Of a stretch of DNA of 64,000 nucleotides, positions 38,160 to 45,257 are shown piece by piece. Made by a program: the position numbers and the translations under genes. Every line of letters begins with the position of its first letter. Position 1 is the stretch's first letter. The DNA comes from Eubacteriales bacterium (GTDB taxonomy: Bacteria; Bacillota; Clostridia; Oscillospirales; CAG-382): assembly GCA_041672465.1 (NCBI GenBank), contig JBAYZO010000005.1:4686-68685 (forward strand). The letters run 5' to 3'. Under the pieces are notes generated by a model, which searched no databases, was not told where the DNA came from, and was given only the letters and a program-made list of their open reading frames with translations.

Positions 38160-39545
38160 ATGCCGCTGACGGGGGCTTTTGTATTCCCGCACCCGCCAAT
38201 TATTTTGCCGGAGGTGGGAAAGGGAGAACAGTTCCGTATTCAAAAAACCATTGACTCTTTCCGCAAGGCCGCGTCTGTCATCGCCGGGCTGAAACCCGAT
38301 ACCATCGTGGTCTCCACCCCTCACTCGGTTGCCTACCAAGATTATTTTCACATCTCCCCCGGGCACCGGGCAAAAGGCGATATGTCAAGGTTCGGCGCCC
38401 CGGGCGCGGAGGTATTCGCGAAATACGACGCCGAATTTGTATTTCGGCTTGAAGCCCTTGCCAAAGAACAAAACATCATGGCGGGAACTTTAGGGGAAAG
38501 ATCCCCCGAACTCGACCACGGCACGGTCATACCCCTTCTTTTTGTAAACGAAGTCTACACAAATTATAAGTTAATCCGTATCGGTCTTTCGGGGCTTTCC
38601 CCCGAAACCCACTATCGGCTCGGCAAGCTTGTGTCCGAAACCTCAGACCTTCTCGGGAGAAACACCGTTTTTATCGCAAGCGGAGATTTATCCCATAAAC
38701 TGACGCGGGACGGTCCTTACGGCTGGGCAAAAGAGGGCGGGGAGTTTGACAGTATCGTCACCGCCGCTTTGTCAAGCGGGGATTTCTTAACCCTGCTTGG
38801 CATACCCGAGGAATTTGCCGAAAAGGCCGCGGAATGCGGGTTAAAGTCATTTTTAATAATGGCGGGATCGCTTGACGGCAAAAAAGTTAAATCAAATCTT
38901 TTGTCTTACGAGGGGCCGTTCGGGGTGGGTTACGCGGTGGCGGTGATTTTACCCGATGGCGACTATGAGGGAAAACCAATTCTTGAAGAGTACGAGGAAA
39001 AAACAAAAGCCCAAACGCGAAAAACCCGTGAGAACGAAAGCGAGCCCGTAAGGCTGGCGCGGCATTTTGTGGAAAGCTATATAAAGACAAAAACCCTCCC
39101 GTCGTTTCCGGGGAATCTTTCGGGTTCGCTTACAAAACAAAAAGCGGGGGTGTTTGTCACCCTTAAGATAAACGGAAAGCTCCGCGGATGCATGGGAACC
39201 ATAGAACCCGCCGAAAAAAGCGTCGCGGAGGAAATAAAGCAAAACGCCGTCACGGCGTGTTCCCGCGACCCGCGCTTTGACAGGGTGCGGGAAGACGAGC
39301 TTGGGCGCATCACCTACAGCGTTGACATTCTCTCCCCGCCGGAGGCTATAGACTCCCCCGAGCTCCTTGACGTCAAGCATTACGGAGTTATCGTTTCATC
39401 GGGCGAAAGGCGGGGGCTTCTCCTCCCTGATCTTACGGGCGTGGACACGGTGGAAGAGCAAATAAGCATCGCCCGCCAAAAAGCCGGTATACGGGAAAAC
39501 GAGAAAATAAACCTTGAGCGATTTAAGGTGGTGAGGCACACTTGA
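38160..39545 (+). CDS. AmmeMemoRadiSam system protein A: AMMECR1 domain fused to an N-terminal LigB/Memo-superfamily (class III extradiol dioxygenase-like) domain
   Basis: The N-terminus FVFPHPPIILPEVG...VVSTPHS is LigB-like. The C-terminus AGVFVTLKINGKLRGCMGTIEP...RDPRF...GLLLPD is AMMECR1. Confidence 0.75.
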   Translation: MPLTGAFVFPHPPIILPEVGKGEQFRIQKTIDSFRKAASVIAGLKPDTIVVSTPHSVAYQDYFHISPGHRAKGDMSRFGAPGAEVFAKYDAEFVFRLEALAKEQNIMAGTLGERSPELDHGTVIPLLFVNEVYTNYKLIRIGLSGLSPETHYRLGKLVSETSDLLGRNTVFIASGDLSHKLTRDGPYGWAKEGGEFDSIVTAALSSGDFLTLLGIPEEFAEKAAECGLKSFLIMAGSLDGKKVKSNLLSYEGPFGVGYAVAVILPDGDYEGKPILEEYEEKTKAQTRKTRENESEPVRLARHFVESYIKTKTLPSFPGNLSGSLTKQKAGVFVTLKINGKLRGCMGTIEPAEKSVAEEIKQNAVTACSRDPRFDRVREDELGRITYSVDILSPPEAIDSPELLDVKHYGVIVSSGERRGLLLPDLTGVDTVEEQISIARQKAGIRENEKINLERFKVVRHT

Positions 39546-40362
39546 AGATAAGCTGTGAAATCTGCCCCCACCGCTGTATGCTTGACGATGGCCAAACGGG
39601 TCTTTGCGGCGCGAGGAAGAACGACGGCGGCAGGGTCGTCTGCGATTCTTACGGCAAACTGACCTCTCTTGCCTTGACCCTATTGAAAAAAAGCCCTTCG
39701 CGCGCTTTATGCCGGGGACAAAAATCCTTTCCGCCGGGAGCTACGGCTGCAACATGCGCTGCCCTTTTTGCCAAAATCACTCCATTTCCCTTTCATTTGA
39801 TGAAAAAACTCTTTACTTCCCCCCGGAAAAGCTGGTTAAGTTTGCCGAAAGCCTTATCCCTCAGGGGAACATCGGGCTGGCGTTTACCTATAACGAACCG
39901 CTGATAAGCTATGAATATGTGTACGACACCTCGTCGCTCGCGAAGAGGCAAGGGCAAAAAACCGCGCTGGTGACAAACGGCTTTATAAACGAGGAACCGT
40001 TAAGGCGACTTCTGCCGTATATAGACGCTATGAATATTGACTTAAAAGGCTTTTCGGCGGAGTTTTACAAAAAACTTCAGGGCGGGCTTGAGGAAGTAAA
40101 AAACACCATCGCCATAGCGGCCAGCAGTTGCCATGTCGAGGTAACAACCCTTATTATTCCCGGCGAGAATGACTCAGAAGACGAAATGAAAAGCCTTGCC
40201 GGCTGGGTTGCTTCGGTTAGAGAGGATATCCCGCTCCATGTCTCCCGCTTTTTCCCCTCCCATTTATATTCGGACAAGCTCCCGACGCCGGTTTCAAAAA
40301 TATATAAGCTTGCCGAGACGGCGCGGGAATTTTTAAAATATGTCTACACCGGCAACTGCTGA
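39542..40362 (+). pseudogene. AmmeMemoRadiSam system radical SAM enzyme, interrupted by a 1-nt frame change near 39674-39676
   Basis: The N-terminus MKISCEICPHRCMLDDGQTGLCGARKNDGGRVVCDSYGKLTSLAL is in the frame of TTG 39542. The continuation DPIEKKPFARFMPGTKILSAGSYGCNMRCPFCQN... is in the frame of the 39604 ORF. Confidence 0.7.
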
Positions 40363-40385
40363 GTTTGAAAAAGAAAGGTCATTAA

Positions 40386-41483
40386 ATGACAAAAAAAACC
40401 TCCGTAACGCTTATTATTATCTTAATTTTAATAATTTCCGCAATTTGCTGCGGGGCGCTTGTCTCCTGCTCCGGCAATGACGAAAACTATACCATCGCCC
40501 TTATAACGGGCGCGTCGGGGGTGACAAACCGCTCGGCCGCGCAGGGAACTTACGCGGGGATTGTAAGCTATTGTTCGGGCAAAAACATAACCTACAAATA
40601 TTTTGTGCCGGAAGAAGACACCGAAACGTCTTATTCGGAAGCGGCCGAAAAAGCGCTTGAGGACGGGGCAAAGCTTATTGTGTTCGCCGGCTATAATTTA
40701 TCCGCCGCCGCTAAGGCCGCCGCCGAAAACAACAAAGACCGTGACTTTTTGCTTGTGGACTGCTACGGCGATTACGAAGACATAAACTGCTTTTCGGTGT
40801 CTTTCCGCGAGGAGCAGGCGGGTTTTCTCGCCGGGTACGCGGCGGTGACGGAGGGGCACACAAAGTTGGGGTTTGTTTCAAGCGGGGAAAACGAGATAAC
40901 AAAAAAATATCTCTACGGTTTTATCGCCGGCGCGGAATACGCCGCCGTGCTGTACAGCGTCCCGCAGGGCGAAATCAAGTGCTGGTATACCGAAAACAGC
41001 GAGGACGACAGGATTAAAAGGCTGGTCATGGACTGGTACGGGGAAGGCGTTCAGAGCATTATGATTTGCGGCGAGGGAATCGCGAAGCCCGTTATTTCGG
41101 CGGCGAACATTATGAAGGGCAGAACGATAGGCTGCGATATGGATCAAGCCGGTAACAGCGAGCGTTACCTCACCTCGGCGGTTAAAAATTATGAGAGCGT
41201 CGTGATGACTTTGCTTGAATCTTATTTCAGGCTGAACAAATGGGACGACACAAAGGAGGGGAAGAATGTTGTCTTCGGCATCGAAACCGACAGCGTAGGG
41301 CTCCCGACCGGCGCGGGAAGTTTCAGATTTTCCGCTTGGTCGACAGACTCATACGAAACCGTCTACGCAAGGCTAAAGTCGGGGAAGATCCCAAGCCCCT
41401 CCCCCGACTCCCCGCCGATTACCGCGGTTTTTCAAGTGGTAGTCATAACGGACGTCCCGGTAAACGGAGAACAGTCGGAATAA
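40386..41483 (+). CDS. BMP-family (Med/PnrA-like) substrate-binding lipoprotein
   Basis: Lipobox LVSCS. LIVFAGYNL, FLLVD, FREEQAGFLAGYAA and LGFVSSG fit the BMP pattern. No ABC permease or ATPase gene is adjacent. Confidence 0.55.
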   Translation: MTKKTSVTLIIILILIISAICCGALVSCSGNDENYTIALITGASGVTNRSAAQGTYAGIVSYCSGKNITYKYFVPEEDTETSYSEAAEKALEDGAKLIVFAGYNLSAAAKAAAENNKDRDFLLVDCYGDYEDINCFSVSFREEQAGFLAGYAAVTEGHTKLGFVSSGENEITKKYLYGFIAGAEYAAVLYSVPQGEIKCWYTENSEDDRIKRLVMDWYGEGVQSIMICGEGIAKPVISAANIMKGRTIGCDMDQAGNSERYLTSAVKNYESVVMTLLESYFRLNKWDDTKEGKNVVFGIETDSVGLPTGAGSFRFSAWSTDSYETVYARLKSGKIPSPSPDSPPITAVFQVVVITDVPVNGEQSE

Positions 41484-41511
41484 AAAGTATAAATATCCCT
41501 TAAAACATACG

Positions 41512-41539
41512 CAAGCCGGGTGAATTCTCACCCGGCTTG
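41512..41539. terminator. 12-bp-stem hairpin between convergent genes (weak U-tract)
   Basis: caagccgggtga attc tcacccggcttg. Confidence 0.45.
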
Positions 41540-41570
41540 TGATATTAAGTTTATAAAGTTATGAGTTGTT

Positions 41571-42830
41571 TTAGAAGTTTGTCACCGCTCCGATAAACAT
41601 CGGGAGCCCCGTCGCGTTATCGACAATGGCATAGACAAACGGGCGGTCAAGGATAACTTCATATTCAAACATCGGCGCGCACTCGTCTTTCATTGTCCCC
41701 CAAGTAATTGCCGCCGCTTTTGTGCCGCTGCGGTCTACTTGAATAAATACTTTTTGGTCGACGTCGGAACAATAAATGTTCCCGCGTTCGGAATACCCGA
41801 GCTTTGAAAAATCGGCGGCGGACGCAAACATATCAATCATTCCCATTGATTTAAGCGTGTCGTTGAGATTCATTTTTAAGCTGTAAGTGAATTCTGGCAT
41901 TTTTACCGAGACGGATGAGCTGATTCTGCTTTCCCAAATCTCAAGCCACTCCCCGCCGCTAAGGGAATCGATATAGTCGTACACATCCACACCCTCGTCG
42001 GGGAGAAGCCCGATCATGCTGTACCTGCCGCCGGCATAATTTTTCGCGAACCCCCGCGCGGAGCCGGATGAAATATATACCTGCTCGCCGGAAGAAAGCA
42101 TCTTAACGGTTTTTACCCCGCCGCCGTAATTTGTGAAGACCCCGTCGTTAACGTTTTCTTTCTCATATTTTACTTCCCATTTCGCGTCAAACACCAGCGC
42201 GTTGACAAGATACATAACGTCGTCGTCGCTGATCTCGTCAATCATTTTGTCAATCAACCCGTCGGTGTAGCGCTTGCACCAAGCATTAATATCGTCAAGC
42301 GTAGTGGAGTCAAATTTCGCCGAGTAAATCTGCGCGTTATACCAGTCGGCGTTGGTTTGCAAAAAATCCTCGTTGACATGCAGTCTGTTTTCCTCGTTGC
42401 GGAACCAAATCGAGTCCGCGATACTAAACTTGCAATCGTCGGCGTGGTAAAGTGATGAGGTAAAGGCGTACAGGCATTCGTTCAGCGTTTCGATATCCAT
42501 TCCGAACGCCTCTTCCATTTGGGTTTTGGTGTTGCCGTCGGCGCCGTTGGCTATCATGGCAAGGCAAATAATTGCGGAAAGCGGCGACACAAGGTCGTTT
42601 TTACCGTCCTTTGTCACAAGCCCCTTGAACAGCTTCAGCGAGAAATCCGCCATCGAGGCTTTAAAATCGTCGGTGACTTCCCCTTGCGAAGTAGCTTTTC
42701 GGCTGTATCCGCTCGACAGTTCCAGCGCGCTGACATTAAGCCCGCAGGAGACGCAAGGCAAAACCATTACCCCCACCAGAATCAGGCAAACAGCAGCTCT
42801 CAGCGCGTGTTTTCTTCTTATAAAAACCAT
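41571..42830 (-). CDS. Serpin-family protein (secreted or lipoprotein)
   Basis: The C-terminus ILDRPFVYAIVDNATGLPMFIGAVTNF is the serpin signature. The hinge GTKAAAIT precedes a reactive-centre loop. N-terminal signal with VSCG. Confidence 0.8.
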   Translation of the reverse strand: MVFIRRKHALRAAVCLILVGVMVLPCVSCGLNVSALELSSGYSRKATSQGEVTDDFKASMADFSLKLFKGLVTKDGKNDLVSPLSAIICLAMIANGADGNTKTQMEEAFGMDIETLNECLYAFTSSLYHADDCKFSIADSIWFRNEENRLHVNEDFLQTNADWYNAQIYSAKFDSTTLDDINAWCKRYTDGLIDKMIDEISDDDVMYLVNALVFDAKWEVKYEKENVNDGVFTNYGGGVKTVKMLSSGEQVYISSGSARGFAKNYAGGRYSMIGLLPDEGVDVYDYIDSLSGGEWLEIWESRISSSVSVKMPEFTYSLKMNLNDTLKSMGMIDMFASAADFSKLGYSERGNIYCSDVDQKVFIQVDRSGTKAAAITWGTMKDECAPMFEYEVILDRPFVYAIVDNATGLPMFIGAVTNF

Positions 42831-42894
42831 ATTAAGCCATCCTTTCAGTTTTATATGTTTATTTATTTATCCGTTTATTTCTTTTATTGCCGTT

Positions 42895-43581
42895 TTAAGG
42901 CGAGAAAATAATTTTATATCCGTTTATAACGTAGGAAAGGGTTATCTTCCCCAGCTCAAGCGCGCCGGAGCGGAGATGCTCGGCGAATAAAAACGTTTTT
43001 TCGTCGTCGGGGTAAAACAAAAAGCTTATGGTGACGCTCCCCGACGCGTCGGCTTTTTTTGGCGTGAGCGTGACGGACAGGCTGTCCGCCTCTCTCCCCG
43101 AATGGGAGGAAAAGATATATCCGGGAAAGGTAAAGACTGTTTCGGTTCCCGCGGTAAAGTCGCCGGGGTCAATGACAATTCTCAGCGTTCCGCCGCCGAG
43201 CGCCCCGCTCATAAGGCCGTAACTAAGCTCAAGCACGGGCTGTTCCGCGGGGAGGTATTCGCTTTGCTCCACCCTTAGCCTATGGGCGAGGATTCCCGCC
43301 CAAGCGGGGTTAGAGAGGCTGTCCTCCGTTTCCGGGCCGGAGATATCAATGCCTTTTTCTTCCTTGAACGATTCTTCTTTATTCTTCACGTCGTCCACGG
43401 GGCGGAAAAAAATTGAAGTGCTTAAAAAAACTACAAAACACAGCCCCGCCGCGACCCCGCCGTAAATTGCCCGGCGGAGTTTTACTCTTCGCCCGAAATG
43501 GTTTTTAACGCTTTCCTCGCCCGCGCCGCAAATCAAGTCGTCTCCGATTTGCCCGACGCTGTTCCAAAGCAGTTGATTCAT
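42895..43581 (-). CDS. Putative membrane-anchored anti-sigma factor
   Basis: ATGA overlap with the upstream sigma gene, and a single TM helix after a ~40-aa cytoplasmic segment. No conserved motif recognised. Confidence 0.4.
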   Translation of the reverse strand: MNQLLWNSVGQIGDDLICGAGEESVKNHFGRRVKLRRAIYGGVAAGLCFVVFLSTSIFFRPVDDVKNKEESFKEEKGIDISGPETEDSLSNPAWAGILAHRLRVEQSEYLPAEQPVLELSYGLMSGALGGGTLRIVIDPGDFTAGTETVFTFPGYIFSSHSGREADSLSVTLTPKKADASGSVTISFLFYPDDEKTFLFAEHLRSGALELGKITLSYVINGYKIIFSP

Positions 43582-44129
43582 ACTGTAAACCCCTCCTTTT
43601 CGAGGTGTTCCCTAAGCTTTTTGCGGGTTCTCATAAGCCGCATGGCGATACCGTTTTTGCTCATTCCCGTGAGCGTTGCCAAATAAGCCAGCGAGTCGGC
43701 GTAGAAATATCTCCGCACAAATAAATATTGGGTATCCCTGCTCTCCCCCCGCAAAAAGTTATCAATCGCGCCGCCGAGCCCGTTTTCGTTTAAGAGAGCG
43801 CTTTCCCTGTCGGGGATAATCTCCTCAAGCTCGCCGTCAAGCGACAAAGTGTTAGCACTGCGCTTTTGGGCGGTGTTTTTATGGAACAGGTTATATGAAA
43901 TATTCCGCACAATCCGGCAGAGATACGCGAAGTAATTAACCGGTCTTGTCGGCGGGATAGCGTTCCAAGCCGCGAGATAGGTGTCGTTTACGCATTCTTC
44001 GGAATCGGGGCGGCTCTCTGTTATGCTGTAAGAAATGCCGCAAAGCTTTTTGCCGTATTTTTTATCGGTTTCTCTAATCGCGGCCTCGTCGCGCCCAAAG
44101 AACAAATCAAGTATCGCGCTGTCTTCCAT
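43578..44129 (-). CDS. ECF-type (sigma-70 family, regions 2 and 4) RNA polymerase sigma factor
   Basis: 183 aa. Region 2-like ECVNDTYLAAWNAIP...YLCRIVRN and a C-terminal HTH LATLTGMSKNGIAMRLMRTRKKL. Confidence 0.75.
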   Translation of the reverse strand: MEDSAILDLFFGRDEAAIRETDKKYGKKLCGISYSITESRPDSEECVNDTYLAAWNAIPPTRPVNYFAYLCRIVRNISYNLFHKNTAQKRSANTLSLDGELEEIIPDRESALLNENGLGGAIDNFLRGESRDTQYLFVRRYFYADSLAYLATLTGMSKNGIAMRLMRTRKKLREHLEKEGFTV

Positions 44130-44341
44130 TTGTCCCCCTTTGTTTTACCGGCCGGGCAAACCGTCCTTTATAAAGGTTACAAAGCCCCTCACTATATAAG
44201 TACGGTTTCAGCCGCCGATATAACGCATAAGCTGAAATATTATCGGATTATTTATTATATCATTCATTTACAAAGAATTCCATTGTTTTCTAAAATGAGT
44301 TTTATAAACCCGATTTGCGTATAATATTCCCTTTTCACCCC

Positions 44342-44383
44342 CCAACAACAAAACTTCCGCCCCCGCGGAAGTTTTGTTGTTGG
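44342..44383 (-). terminator. Perfect 19-bp-stem hairpin downstream of the 44408 gene
   Basis: ccaacaacaaaacttccgc cccc gcggaagttttgttgttgg. There is no clear U-tail. Confidence 0.5.
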
Positions 44384-44407
44384 AATGTTGACCCTCAGCC
44401 AAAGTTT

Positions 44408-45091
44408 TTACCCCCCCGAAGCCGTCGGCTCGGCTATGTTTTGGGATTTTTGCTGTTCTTTTAACTTTAGCCCAATAACGGTGTCCCTGCCGCTTGTAAG
44501 CGAAATCAGGCAGTCGCCTTTTTTGTATTCCACATCCACGCCGATAAAATACTGCTCGACCAGCTCCACGGGAAAGTAATATTCGGCTAACTTTTTTTCA
44601 TACATCACGGGATAAGTCAGCCTCGCGGGGTTGCCGTTTATATATAAAAACGACGAGTTTGTAAAGCAGTCAAGGGCTTCCCCGCTGTTCCGGAACATAA
44701 CCGTAAGCATTTCGCCGTCCCCGGCGTAGGACAAATCGCAAAGCTTGTCAAGGGTAGAGAGCGAGACATACAAGGCGCGGTATTTGTTCGCGCCCTCGGA
44801 GTTTTCGGCCGCTATCGTCTTCCCCGTGGGGCTGATAGCTTTTACCGAGTAAAGTTTCGCGGCTTTGGGGGTAGAATTAAACGAATAATAATAATAAGCC
44901 GCGACAAAAAGACTAATAATAACATAAAAGGTTAAGAATACAAGCATGACGGCAAGCAACGCCTGACGGCGGTGTTTTTTAAGCCGGCGGCTTTCCTTAA
45001 CCCTCGCGGGGGGTTTTTTGCCCGGCAAAGGGGGCGCTTTTTGGGGAAGCGCTTTTTTGGGAATAGTTTTCGGGGGATTATTTTTTTTCAC
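44408..45091 (-). CDS. Hypothetical membrane protein (basic/Pro-rich N-terminus, 1 TM helix, extracellular beta-rich domain)
   Basis: 227-aa ORF. The C-terminal domain is only vaguely like a copper-amine-oxidase-N stalk. Confidence 0.35.
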   Translation of the reverse strand: MKKNNPPKTIPKKALPQKAPPLPGKKPPARVKESRRLKKHRRQALLAVMLVFLTFYVIISLFVAAYYYYSFNSTPKAAKLYSVKAISPTGKTIAAENSEGANKYRALYVSLSTLDKLCDLSYAGDGEMLTVMFRNSGEALDCFTNSSFLYINGNPARLTYPVMYEKKLAEYYFPVELVEQYFIGVDVEYKKGDCLISLTSGRDTVIGLKLKEQQKSQNIAEPTASGG

Positions 45092-45257
45092 GCCTTTTCA
45101 CCCCTAACGCGATTATATTTTGGGTTTTACGCCTATAATTTACAATTGATTATAGCAAATAAACAAAGCTAAAGCAATGCGTTTTTCACCTTTTTTTATA
45201 AAAGTCATAATCTTAATAATGCCGGCGCAGTTACAAATCCCTGCCGTGGAGGGGAAA

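Noticed and set aside
39686-39692. The A7 homopolymer as the site of the radical-SAM frameshift.
   Set aside because: In the downstream frame the run translates as the conserved E-K-K of DPIEKKP. The frame change must therefore lie upstream, at 39674-39676.
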